This document shows positions 1 through 9,312 of a stretch of DNA of 64,000 nucleotides, in pieces. Positions within the stretch are counted from its first letter, which is position 1; each line of letters opens with the position of its first letter. The stretch is from an uncultured Candidatus Rokubacteria bacterium (GTDB taxonomy: Bacteria; Methylomirabilota; Methylomirabilia; Rokubacteriales; DASRDR01), in contig CAWGVS010000005.1 in NCBI GenBank assembly GCA_963826115.1, positions 1,952,001-2,016,000 on the forward strand. The letters are read 5' to 3'. The position numbers were made by a program, and so were the translations under genes. The notes beneath the pieces were generated by a model. The model was given only the letters and a program-made list of their open reading frames with translations, ran no database searches and was not told the origin of the DNA.

Positions 1-1
1 G

Positions 2-571
2 CACGGCCGCCTTGTCGAGGGCCGGCGGGCGGAGCACGACGACGCCGGGCGCGCCGAGCCACTCGCCAACCGCGTCGTCCTCGACCAGGCGCGCCGGGCG
101 CGGGTGGCCGTTCGGTGAGAGCTGCCGCACCATCTCGCTCGCCAGATCCCCGCCGACGGGCGCGCCAGCGGCGGACCGGCCGTACACGCGGCCGCCGAAA
201 TGGCAGGCGAGCCCGCCGGACGCGCCGGGCTCGAGACCGAGCGCCCGGCGCGCAGCGTCGAAGGCCGCGGCCGGCACGCCCTCGAGGACCTGGCACCACG
301 TGCCGATGCGGACGTCGCTCGAGTCGAGCGTCACCCGCTGGACCACGGCGAAGCGCGCGCCGAGATCGCGCGCGAGAACGACCGCCCGGTGGCTCCCGTC
401 CAGGATCAACCCGGACGCGGCGTCGACGACGAGCGGCCACGACAGGACGCGCGCAGTCGCGAGGAGACGCGCCACGCGCGCCTCGCCCTCGGGCGCCGTG
501 GCCTCGTGCCGGCGTAGGTCCCCGAGCGAGGCCACGGCAAGGCTGGCGCGAACGTCGTCCGCTGACTCCAT
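2..571 (-). CDS. ParB/Srx-domain protein, SbnI/SerK (free-serine kinase)-like; 3' end runs off the window
   Basis: Manual translation from ATG 571 (absent from the ORF track): MESADDVRASLAVASLGDLRRHEATAPEGEARV...WPLVVDAASGLILDGSHR...VVQRV...IGTW. The HE, PLVV and LDGxHR motifs are ParB/Srx-type. Confidence 0.65.
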   Translation of the reverse strand, partial: MESADDVRASLAVASLGDLRRHEATAPEGEARVARLLATARVLSWPLVVDAASGLILDGSHRAVVLARDLGARFAVVQRVTLDSSDVRIGTWCQVLEGVPAAAFDAARRALGLEPGASGGLACHFGGRVYGRSAAGAPVGGDLASEMVRQLSPNGHPRPARLVEDDAVGEWLGAPGVVVLRPPALDKAAV

Positions 572-617
572 CGGCGTCGTGGCGGCGTCGTGGCGCGTCG
601 GGAGGTCGGCCCGCGCG

Positions 618-1715
618 TCAGCGCCCGCGCAGGGCCCGGCGCGCCTCCTCGGCGGCGTCGCTGTCCGGAAACTCGCGGACGACCTGCGTCCAGGCCTGCT
701 TGGCGTCGGCCTCGCGCTTCTGGGCCCGGTACGCGAGGCCGAGACGGAGGAGCGCCTGCGGCGTGTCCTTCCCCTTGGGGGTGAGGTCCACGATCTTCCT
801 GTACGCGGCCCCGGCGCGCTCGAAGTCGCGCGCGGCGAAGTACGCGTCGCCGATCCGGAGCTGCGCCGACGTGACGAGCGGATCGTTCGGGTACCTCTGG
901 ACGAGCTCCTCGAAGTCCACCACGGCCTGCCCCTGCTCGCCCTTGTTCCAGCTCTCCATGGCGCGGTCGTAGAGGGCGCGCGCGCTGGGCGATCCTGCCG
1001 CCGGCGCGGGCGCCGCCGGCTTCGTGTCCGCGGGCACCGGTGCGGCCTTCGCGACGCGCGCGGGATCGGCCGAAGCGGCTGGCGGCGCGCTCCTCGTGGC
1101 ACGCGACGGCGTGAGCATCGCCGGCGGCGTCAGGCCAGCACCGGCCGCGGTGTCGGACCCGCTGCCGCCCGACGCCGCCGCGGTGGGCGACGAGGACTCC
1201 CCGGCGGACCTGGCGCCGGCCGACTGAGCCGGTGGCCGCGCGGGCGCGCCCCCCTTTGACGGGGCCGCGGCGGGCGCGCCGTCCAGCACTCGGGCGAGCT
1301 GACTCTCGATCCCATCGAGGCTCAGCTCGACTCGGCGCAGCGTCTGGCCCAGGTCCGCGACCCGCTTCTCGAGGAGGTCGATCCGGCGCGCCTGGGCGTC
1401 GAGCACCTCGACCTGGCGCTGGAGGTCGTAGCGAGCAGACACGCCCATGGCCTTCTGAACGGCGTCGAACTCCGCGCGCGTCTCCATCGCGGCCTTGTCG
1501 ATCTGCTCCGAGGTGGCGCGCTGCGCCGAGTCGACGCGTGTGCGGACCTCGGTGAGATCGGTCCGCAGGCGGTCCACGTCCTGACGGAGCGCGGCCGGCG
1601 AGTCGGCCGGCAGCTTCGCCTCGCCCGCGGGCTTGGCCCCGCCTCCGCAGCCGCCCGACGCGGCGGCGACCACAATCGCCGCGGCCAGGGCCGTCAGGGA
1701 AGATCTCACGCGCAC
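618..1715 (-). CDS. CpoB/YbgF-like lipoprotein (coiled coil, low-complexity linker, C-terminal TPR)
   Basis: Lipobox-like SGGC, N-terminal coiled coil, and a C-terminal YbgF-type TPR (LYDRAM...QRYPND...AQLRIG...ALLRLG...EFPDSDAA). Start placed at GTG 1715, just downstream of a -10 element. Confidence 0.75.
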   Translation of the reverse strand: MRVRSSLTALAAAIVVAAASGGCGGGAKPAGEAKLPADSPAALRQDVDRLRTDLTEVRTRVDSAQRATSEQIDKAAMETRAEFDAVQKAMGVSARYDLQRQVEVLDAQARRIDLLEKRVADLGQTLRRVELSLDGIESQLARVLDGAPAAAPSKGGAPARPPAQSAGARSAGESSSPTAAASGGSGSDTAAGAGLTPPAMLTPSRATRSAPPAASADPARVAKAAPVPADTKPAAPAPAAGSPSARALYDRAMESWNKGEQGQAVVDFEELVQRYPNDPLVTSAQLRIGDAYFAARDFERAGAAYRKIVDLTPKGKDTPQALLRLGLAYRAQKREADAKQAWTQVVREFPDSDAAEEARRALRGR

Positions 1716-1722
1716 GGTTGGC

Positions 1723-1752
1723 ACCGTAGCACCGGCGCGGTTTCGGGGTCAA
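1723..1752 (-). promoter_or_regulatory. sigma70-type promoter, leaderless geometry
   Basis: TTGACC-N18-TACGGT with an extended TG, 7 nt before GTG 1715. Confidence 0.5.
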
Positions 1753-1794
1753 CCAACGGGCCCTCCGGGCGTGGCGGCGCGGTAAGCTGGCCAC

Positions 1795-3339
1795 GTGGCC
1801 GTCGCGTCGCCGCCGAGGCTCCGCGTCCGACACGCGCTTCCGCCCGCCCGTTGGCCGACGCGCGAGGAGGCCGGCCGAGCGCGCTGGTTCTCCCCGATCC
1901 GTCTCGGCACCTGCACGGTCGCGGCGGACCGGACGTGGGTGCCGGCGATGGTTCCCTGGCGGGCGACCGCGGACGGCCACGTGACGCCCGAGGTGCTCGA
2001 CTGGTACGCCCGCTTCGCCGAGGGTCAGCCCGGCGTCCTGGTCGTCGAGGCGACGGGCATCCGCGATGTCCCGAGCGGCCCGCTGCTCCGCATCGGCGAC
2101 GACCGCTTCGTCCCCGGACTTCGCCGCCTGGTCGAGACCGTGCGCGAGCGGAGCGAGGGGCGCACGCGCCTGTTCATCCAGGTCATCGACTTCCTCGCGG
2201 TGCGGCGGCGGCCGGAGCCGGCGGCGTACTTCGCGCGCTACCTCGCGGTCGACGCCGGGATTCGCCGGCGCCTCGCCGCGGCAACGGCGGACGAGCGCTG
2301 GCTCGATTCGTCCGGAGCGCCCGACGCGTCCGTGCGGGCGCACCTCGCCGCGGCCGACCGCGCGCTCGTCGAGGCCGTCCTGGCCGCCCGCGAGCTGGAG
2401 TCGCTCGACTACGGCTACCGCGAACGCGTCGGGGACTTGCACCTGCCCCACATCCGGAGCCTGCCCGCCGTCCTGCCGGAGCTGTTCGCCGGGGCGGCGC
2501 GGCGCGCGCGCGAGGCCGGGTTCGACGGCGTCGAGCTCCACTATGCCCACGCCTACACGATGGCGTCGTTCCTCTCGCGGCTGAACGACCGGACGGACGG
2601 CTACGGCGGGGCCCGGCCGGCGCGCGCGCGGCTACCCCTCGAGGTCCTCCATACGGTCCGGCGCCGGGTCGGCCCCGACTATGTGGTCGGAATCCGCTAC
2701 CTCGGCCACGACGTCGTGACCGGCGGCAACACCGTCGACGACGCGGTGTGGTTCGGCCTGCGGTTCGCCGAGGCTGGCGTCGACTACCTGTCCGTCTCGA
2801 AGGGCGGGCGCTTCGAGGACGCGCGGCAGCCCAAGGTCGGCGAGGCCGTCTACCCCTACACGGGCGACTCGGGCTACGAGTGCATGCCCACGGTGGTCTC
2901 GGACGCGCGTGGGCCGTTCGCGCGCAACGTGCCGCTCGCCTCGGCGATCCGGGCGGGCCTCCGTGCGGCGGGACGCGACGTGCCGGTCGTCACGAGCGGC
3001 GGCATCGCGACCTTCGACCAGGCGGAGGGCATCCTGGCGCGCGGCGAGGCGGACATCGTCGCGGCGGCGCGTCAGACTCTGGCCGACCCCGACTGGTTCC
3101 GGAAGATGCGCCTGGGCCACGGGCACCTGGTCCGGCGATGCGAGTTCACCAACTACTGCGAGGGTCTCGACCAGCGCCACAAGCAGGTCACGTGCAAGCT
3201 ATGGGACCGGGAGGTGGCGGCGGACGAGCCGGACGTCAAGCGCGCGAGCGACGGGCGGCGCCGCCTGAGCGCCCCGTCGTGGCGGCCGCCGTCGGAGGCC
3301 GAGACCGGGTCGTCGGGGCTCAGCTCCGGTGGTGCTTGA
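1795..3339 (+). CDS. NADH:flavin oxidoreductase (old yellow enzyme family)
   Basis: PAMV, GFDGVELHYAHAY, FLSRLNDRTDGYGG and ARQTLADPDW motifs; C-terminal Cys cluster. Confidence 0.9.
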   Translation: MAVASPPRLRVRHALPPARWPTREEAGRARWFSPIRLGTCTVAADRTWVPAMVPWRATADGHVTPEVLDWYARFAEGQPGVLVVEATGIRDVPSGPLLRIGDDRFVPGLRRLVETVRERSEGRTRLFIQVIDFLAVRRRPEPAAYFARYLAVDAGIRRRLAAATADERWLDSSGAPDASVRAHLAAADRALVEAVLAARELESLDYGYRERVGDLHLPHIRSLPAVLPELFAGAARRAREAGFDGVELHYAHAYTMASFLSRLNDRTDGYGGARPARARLPLEVLHTVRRRVGPDYVVGIRYLGHDVVTGGNTVDDAVWFGLRFAEAGVDYLSVSKGGRFEDARQPKVGEAVYPYTGDSGYECMPTVVSDARGPFARNVPLASAIRAGLRAAGRDVPVVTSGGIATFDQAEGILARGEADIVAAARQTLADPDWFRKMRLGHGHLVRRCEFTNYCEGLDQRHKQVTCKLWDREVAADEPDVKRASDGRRRLSAPSWRPPSEAETGSSGLSSGGA

Positions 3340-3553
3340 GGGCCCGGCGCCGCGCTTCTCTCCACCGGCGCCACCGGCTCGTGCCCTCGACGCGGCTCGT
3401 CAGCAGCACGACGGGCACCGACAGGATGATGGCGATGACGAGGGCCGCGCCGAGCCAGCGGTTGGCGTCGGCACCGAACAGCGAGACCGCGCTCTGCTGG
3501 ACGATGAGCCCGACCAGCACCGCGCCGGACCAGAACAGGGCTCGACGTCCCAT
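3320..3553 (-). CDS. small two-TM hypothetical membrane protein
   Basis: MGRRALFWSGAVLVGLIV...WLGAALVIAIILSVPVVLL; purine-rich RBS and a TACGGT -10 upstream. Confidence 0.55.
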   Translation of the reverse strand: MGRRALFWSGAVLVGLIVQQSAVSLFGADANRWLGAALVIAIILSVPVVLLTSRVEGTSRWRRWREARRRALKHHRS

Positions 3554-3890
3554 GCTCCGCCGTCCTCTCTCCGCAAGGGTTCGGATTCGGCTCGACCACC
3601 GTAGGTTGCCTTGCCCTGTCGCGCAAGGGGCCGCGCGTCGTCGCCGCCGCGAGCGACCAGGTGGCGCGAACGGATCCGGTGGTCGACGTCCCGCCACCAC
3701 CGGCCGACATGAGTCGCGAACCTCGCGACCTTCGGCACGGGCCGCTGGCACGCTCATTACCCCGACAGGAGACGCCGGGGCGCGACGAAGCTTGCTTCAG
3801 ATCGGAGAGGAGGCGCCAGTGGACGCGGGCGTGGTCGAGACCAGGGTTCCTCTCTGGAGCATCTCAAGGACCCTTCCGCCCGCCGACCGC

Positions 3891-5877
3891 TCAGGACGGT
3901 CCCGGAGGCAGGTGCTCGCGGAACCACTCGAGGAGAATCCGGAACCGCGCGAGCCGGTGGCGCGGCCGCCCGGAGCGCGAGAGCTCGTGGTCCTCGTCCG
4001 GGAACCGCACGAAGCGCACGGTCCGCTTGAGCTTCTTCAAGGCGACGTAGAGCTGCTCCGCCTGCTCCATCGGGCAGCGAAGGTCGCTCTCCGAGTGCAT
4101 GATCAGGAGCGGGGTGCGGATGTCCCGCGCGTAGGAGAGCGGGGAGCGCTCGAGGTACCACGCGAGGTTCTCCCACGGCGGCTTGCCCTGCGCGTGCGCC
4201 TCCTGGAACCAGAAGCCGATGTCGCTGGTCCCGTACATGCTCACCATCGCGTTGACGGCGCGCTCGGAGCACGCGGCCCGGAAGCGGTCGGTGTGGCCGA
4301 CGATCCAGCTCGTCATGAAGCCGCCGTAGCTCCCGCCCATCACCCCGAGCCGGTCGGCGTCGATGAACTCGGAACGCCGTAGCGCCTCGTCGAGCCCCGC
4401 CATCACGTCCGCGTAGTCGCCGCCGCCCCAGTCCCCGACGACCGCCCGGGCAAAGGCCTCGCTGTAGCCCCGGCTGCCCCGGGGGTTCACGTAGACGACG
4501 GCGTAGCCCGCGCCCGCGTACACCTGGAACTCGTCGAAGAAGCGGTGGCCGTACTGGCTGGCCGGCCCGCCGTGGATGTTGAGGAGCGCGGGGTAGCGCT
4601 GGCCGGGCTGCCGGCCGGCCGGTGGCATCACCCAGCCGTCGACGGTGAAGCCGGCGCGGTCGAACCGGAAGCGCTCCGGGCGCGCGAGCGCGACCTCCGC
4701 CTTCCACTCCCGGTTGAGGTCCGTCAGCCGCCGCTCGTCGCGGCCGTCGGCCCGGCACACGAAGACGTCGGTCGGCGACGTGTCGTCGGTGGCGGTGAAG
4801 GCGATCACCGCGCCGTCCGCCGAGACCGAGAAGCCGGTCACCTGGCGCGTCCCGCCGACCACGCGCTCCGCGGCGCCGCCGCCGGCCCGCGTCGATCCGG
4901 TAGAGCGGCACGTCGCCCTCGTCCTCGACCTGGAACAGGAGCGCGCCGGTGCGCCCGAGCCACTGGGGGCCGACCGCGCCCATCATCGGCTCGCAGTTGC
5001 GGTCGAGCGCGGCGGTCAGGCATACGGACTCGCCGCCTTCGGCGGAGACCGCGTACACGCGGGAGTGGCGGGACACGCCGCGCGGATCGGTGTGCCCCAC
5101 GTAGGCGACGGTCCGCCCGTCGGGCGAGAAGGCCGGCGAGGAGACCGGGCCCTCGGTCCGCGTCAGCCGACGCGCCTCCCCGCCTTCGGCCGGCACCGTG
5201 AAGAGGTCGGCGGCGCCGTCCTCGTCGCGATCCGCGTGGCGGGCCGACACGAAGACCACCCGGCGACCGTCCGGCGCCCAGGTCGGATGGTGGCTCTCGA
5301 ACGCCCCGCCGGTGAGCTGGCGGGCCGGCCCGCCCGCCCGCGGGACCACGAAGACCTGCTGGGGCCGGTCGTACACGAAGCCGACGCCGTTCGACTTGTA
5401 CTTCAGGACGTCGATGATGCGCGGGGGCTTCGATCGCTCGCGCTCCTCCTCGTCCGCCGGCTCCTCCCAGCCGCCGACGCGCGACACGAACGCAAGTGAC
5501 TCGCTGTCCGGCGACCAGACGGGACTCGATACCCCGGGCTTGAGGTCCGTGAGCCGCACGGGCTCGCCCCCGTCGGCGGGCATCACGTGGAGCTGCCCCT
5601 TCACCTTCCGCTCGCGCTCGGACACGAAGGCGAGCCATCGCCCGTCGGGCGACCAGCGGGGCGCGGTGTCGCGCCGCGGACCCCGCGTGAACGGGCGCGG
5701 CTCGCCCCCGCCGGCGTCGACGAGCCAGATCGTCGACAGGTACTCGTCGCGCGCCTCGGACAGGGTCGTCACCACGAACGCCACGCGGCGCCCGTCGGGG
5801 TGGAGCTGCGGGTCGCTGACGAAGCGGATCCGGAACAGGTCCTCGGGAACCATCGGGCGGCCGGGCGAGTCCGTCAT
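3891..5877 (-). CDS. S9 family prolyl oligopeptidase/acylaminoacyl peptidase (frameshift near 4887)
   Basis: PD40 repeats (WSPDG) in one frame; catalytic domain (IHGGP, GGSYGG, DLRCP, EDHELSR) in the next frame; extra G in GGG at 4886-4888. Confidence 0.9.
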
Positions 5878-6031
5878 CGGCGTCGTCGGACCCGCCGGGA
5901 CGCGGGCCCCGGCGGGCGACGGCAGTCTACCATCGGCGACGCCACCGGCGACGCGACGGGCTCCGCGCGGCTCGAGGGCAGCGTCCCGGTCCCGGGCGGG
6001 CCGGCGCGACGGCCCGGACGGGGAGCGGGTC

Positions 6032-6610
6032 TCAGCGAGACGCGGTCGGCTTGATCTTCCCGCCGCTCGACTCGTACGCCTCCACGGCCTTCTTCAGGTC
6101 CCGGTACTGGGAGCACGGGAAGAAGCACAGCTTGTCGAGCTGCCCCAGGTGCTCCTTGGCCTTCGGCAGGTTGTCGAGGGTGAGGTACGCCTCGCCGATG
6201 TACTCGTGAGCGCCGCGGTGCTTCGGGTCGATGACGAGGGCCTGCTCGTAGAGCGGGATCGACGCCGCCGGGTCGCCGTTCCGGCGCGTGGCGTAGGCGA
6301 GCCAGTTGTAGGCATCCGCGTTCTTGCCGTCCCGCGCGATGGCCTTCTGGAGGAGCGGGATCGCGGCGGCGTACTGCCCGGAGTCGATCGCCTTGACCCC
6401 CGCGGTGAAGTCGGGGTCCGCCGGCTTGGCCGGCGTCTCGCTGGCGCCCGCCCCGCCGCCACCACCTCCGCCCCCGCCGCCGCCACCCCCACCACCGCCC
6501 GCGCCGTCGGCGCTGACTCCCGAGGGCGCGCTCAAGAGCAGGAGCGCGGCTAATCCCGCCGCCACGGCCCAGGCTGCGAGCGTTCCCGAGGTCGACCAGC
6601 GTCCATCCAT
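6032..6610 (-). CDS. exported TPR protein with polyglycine tract
   Basis: Signal peptide, long Gly run, TPR repeats (NADAYNWLAY, HRGAHEYIGEAYL), CFFPC motif. Confidence 0.8.
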   Translation of the reverse strand: MDGRWSTSGTLAAWAVAAGLAALLLLSAPSGVSADGAGGGGGGGGGGGGGGGGAGASETPAKPADPDFTAGVKAIDSGQYAAAIPLLQKAIARDGKNADAYNWLAYATRRNGDPAASIPLYEQALVIDPKHRGAHEYIGEAYLTLDNLPKAKEHLGQLDKLCFFPCSQYRDLKKAVEAYESSGGKIKPTASR

Positions 6611-6768
6611 GATGTGTCCTCCCGGACGCGCGCCCGCCCGGGCGCGACGTGTCCTATCGGGTGAACGCATGGGCGGGGCACGGCGTTCCCGCGCGGCGGG
6701 CCGGGTCCGCGGCCAAGTCTTGACCATTTCGTGACGGAGGCGTCATGCCGGGGCGTCGAGACCTCGCC

Positions 6769-6797
6769 TTGACCCTGCCCGCCGGCGGTCCTACAGT
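6769..6797 (+). promoter_or_regulatory. sigma70-type promoter
   Basis: TTGACC-N17-TACAGT upstream of the AGGAG RBS and ATG 6841. Confidence 0.5.
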
Positions 6798-6840
6798 CGC
6801 GCGTGTCACCGGGCGCGCCCCGGAGCGCGCAGGAGAGCTC

Positions 6841-7995
6841 ATGCGCTTCCCCCTGACCGCCGAGCAGGAGGTCATCCAGACACGCGCCCGCGCGCTCGCC
6901 GACCAGGAGTTCCGCGAGCGCGCCGCGCGCTGGGACGAGCGCGAGGAGTATCCCTGGGAGAACGTGAAGCAGCTCGTCGAGACGGGCTGGATGGGGATGA
7001 CGATCCCCGTCGCCTACGGCGGCCAGGGTCGCGCGCTCCTGGACGTGCTGCTCGTCATCGAAGCGGTCGCCCGTGTCTGCGGCGTGACGGCCCGGATCCT
7101 CGTCGACTCGAACCTGGGCCCGGTCGGCGCGATCGTCCATCACGGCACCGAAACGCAGAAGCGGAAGTACCTCCCGCGCATCGTCCGGGGCGACAAGCCG
7201 GCCATCGCGATCACCGAGCCCCACGCGGGATCGGCCGCCGCCGACCTCGAAACGCACGCGGAGAAGGACGGCGACGCGTGGGTGCTGAGCGGCACGAAGC
7301 GCTGGATCACCGGCGCCGGCATTTCCCAGACGTACGTGGTGTTCTGCCGGTTCGACGGCATCCCGGGCGCCGCGGGCATCGGCGCGCTGATCGTCGAGGC
7401 CGACACGCCCGGTCTGGCCGTCACGGGGCGGGAACGCGCGATGGGAATGCGCGGCATCCCCGAGGGCGAGGTGCGCTTCGACCGTTGCCGGGTGCCGGGT
7501 GAGAACCTCCTCCTCCCCGCGGGCGGCTTCGGGCGGCTGATGTCGGCCTACAACGGCCAGCGGCTCGGCGCCGCGACGGTGGCGCTCGGGCTCGCGCAGG
7601 GCGCCCTCGAGGCCGCCGTCCTGCACGCCAGCAAGCGCGAGCAGTTCGGGCGGCCAATCGGCCACTTCCAGGGGCTCCGCTGGATGGTCGCGGACATGGC
7701 GCTCCAGGTGGAAGCGGCGCGCCAGCTGATCTACCGCGCGGGCGCCAACGCGGGGCACGGTCTTCCCGACATGGTGGAGGCCGCGATGGCCAAGACCGTG
7801 GCCAGCGAGATGGCGGTGCGCGTCACCAACGACGCCCTCCAGGTCTTCGGGGCGAGCGGTTACTCGCGCGACCTCCCGCTCGAGCGGATGGTGCGTGACG
7901 CCCGCATGTTCCCGATCGGCGGCGGAACCGTCCAGATGCTCCGGAACGTCGTGGCCGGCGCCTGGCTCGGCCGGGTGGACGAGCCGGGACTCTGA
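6841..7995 (+). CDS. acyl-CoA dehydrogenase
   Basis: AITEPHAGS, GTKRWIT, REQFGRPIGHFQG, LQVFGASGY and ERMVRDAR motifs. Confidence 0.93.
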   Translation: MRFPLTAEQEVIQTRARALADQEFRERAARWDEREEYPWENVKQLVETGWMGMTIPVAYGGQGRALLDVLLVIEAVARVCGVTARILVDSNLGPVGAIVHHGTETQKRKYLPRIVRGDKPAIAITEPHAGSAAADLETHAEKDGDAWVLSGTKRWITGAGISQTYVVFCRFDGIPGAAGIGALIVEADTPGLAVTGRERAMGMRGIPEGEVRFDRCRVPGENLLLPAGGFGRLMSAYNGQRLGAATVALGLAQGALEAAVLHASKREQFGRPIGHFQGLRWMVADMALQVEAARQLIYRAGANAGHGLPDMVEAAMAKTVASEMAVRVTNDALQVFGASGYSRDLPLERMVRDARMFPIGGGTVQMLRNVVAGAWLGRVDEPGL

Positions 7996-8003
7996 GCCGC
8001 TCC

Positions 8004-9290
8004 ATGCGCGCCGACGCGTTCGGCCTTCCGCTCACGGTCGCCACCGCCGCGGCGGGCGCCAAGTACGACGACGCCGTCCGGGGTCTGCTCGGCTGGGACC
8101 GCGGGGCCCTCGAGGCCTTCCAGGAGGCGGCGGCGCTCGACCCCGGGCTCGGGCTCGCCCACGCCGGCGCCGCCATCTGCCTCTTCCTCGAGGAGCGGTT
8201 CGCCCCGGCGCGGGAGGCCGCCGAGGCCGCGCGCGCCGCCGCGGCGACCCAGACGGAGCGCGAGCGGAGCCACGTCGAGGGCGTGGCCCGCCTGGTGGGC
8301 GGCCGGCCTGCCGAGGCCGAGCGCCTCATGACGGAGCACCTCCGGACGTGGCCGCGGGACGTCGTCGTCCTCCAGCGGCTCTACTTCGTCTGGTTCTGGC
8401 AGGGCCGCTTCCCCGAGATGCTGGACCTCACGACGCGGGTCCTCCCGGACTACGGCGACGACTCCTTCGTCCAGGGGCTCCACGCCTTCGTCCTCGAGGA
8501 GGGGCACCGGCCCCGCGAGGCGGTCCGCGTGGCCGAGTCCGCGCTCGCGAAGAACCCACAGGACGCCTGGGCGGTCCACGCGCTCGCGCATGCCCTCTAC
8601 GAGATGGCGCACTTCGACGAGGGCGCGGACCGGTTGCCGCCGGCGATCCATCCCTGCCAGCACCTCAACTGGTTCCGCAACCACCTGGTGTGGCACCTCA
8701 CGCTGATGCAGCTCTCGCGCGGGCACTACGCGCGGGCCGTCGCGATGTCCCGGGCGGTGTTCGAGCGGGCGCCGTCGTCGATCGCGGGCGACCTCCACGA
8801 TTCGATCGCGCTCCTCTGGCGGCAGGATCTGTTCGGCCTGCCCGTCGGCCAGGCCCGCTGGGCGCCGTTCGCCGCGATCGCGCGGCAGCGCCTCGACCGG
8901 CAGGGGCTGCTCTTCCACGCCGCGCACCTCGGGATGGCGCTCGCCGGCGGCGGCGACTGGGCGACTGCCGAGACCCAGCTGGGGATGCTGCGACAGCGCG
9001 CCGCCAAGGACGCGTCGGGGCTCACGGGCGAGGTGCTGATCCCGCTCGTCGAGGGTCTCGAGGCATTCGCGCGGGCGGAGTATCGGACCGCGATCGACCA
9101 TCTCGAGCCGATCTCGACGCGGCTCGTGGAGCTCGGCGGGAGCCGCGCTCAGCGGGACGTGTTCCACGACACCCTGCTGGAGGCGTGCTTCCGGGCGGGT
9201 GACATGGAGCGGGCGACGCGTCTCCTCGCGCCGCGCGTTGCCCGCCGCCCCGACCACTACTGGGTCCGCCGCCAGACGACGGCCGCCTGA
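8004..9290 (+). CDS. TTC38-like tetratricopeptide repeat protein
   Basis: DAWAVHALAH, NHLVWH and GGSRAQRDVF motifs typical of the TTC38 family. Confidence 0.8.
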   Translation: MRADAFGLPLTVATAAAGAKYDDAVRGLLGWDRGALEAFQEAAALDPGLGLAHAGAAICLFLEERFAPAREAAEAARAAAATQTERERSHVEGVARLVGGRPAEAERLMTEHLRTWPRDVVVLQRLYFVWFWQGRFPEMLDLTTRVLPDYGDDSFVQGLHAFVLEEGHRPREAVRVAESALAKNPQDAWAVHALAHALYEMAHFDEGADRLPPAIHPCQHLNWFRNHLVWHLTLMQLSRGHYARAVAMSRAVFERAPSSIAGDLHDSIALLWRQDLFGLPVGQARWAPFAAIARQRLDRQGLLFHAAHLGMALAGGGDWATAETQLGMLRQRAAKDASGLTGEVLIPLVEGLEAFARAEYRTAIDHLEPISTRLVELGGSRAQRDVFHDTLLEACFRAGDMERATRLLAPRVARRPDHYWVRRQTTAA

Positions 9291-9312
9291 CGGCGAGGGT
9301 CGTCGCGTCAGC

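Noticed and set aside
12-1259. Long Arg/Pro/Ala-rich ORFs here and throughout the track
   Set aside because: Stop-codon scarcity at high GC; they overlap well-supported genes and lack motifs
3800-3870. Glycine riboswitch
   Set aside because: GGAGAG and CTCTGGAG are present, but there is no GCCGAAG core and no downstream same-strand gene
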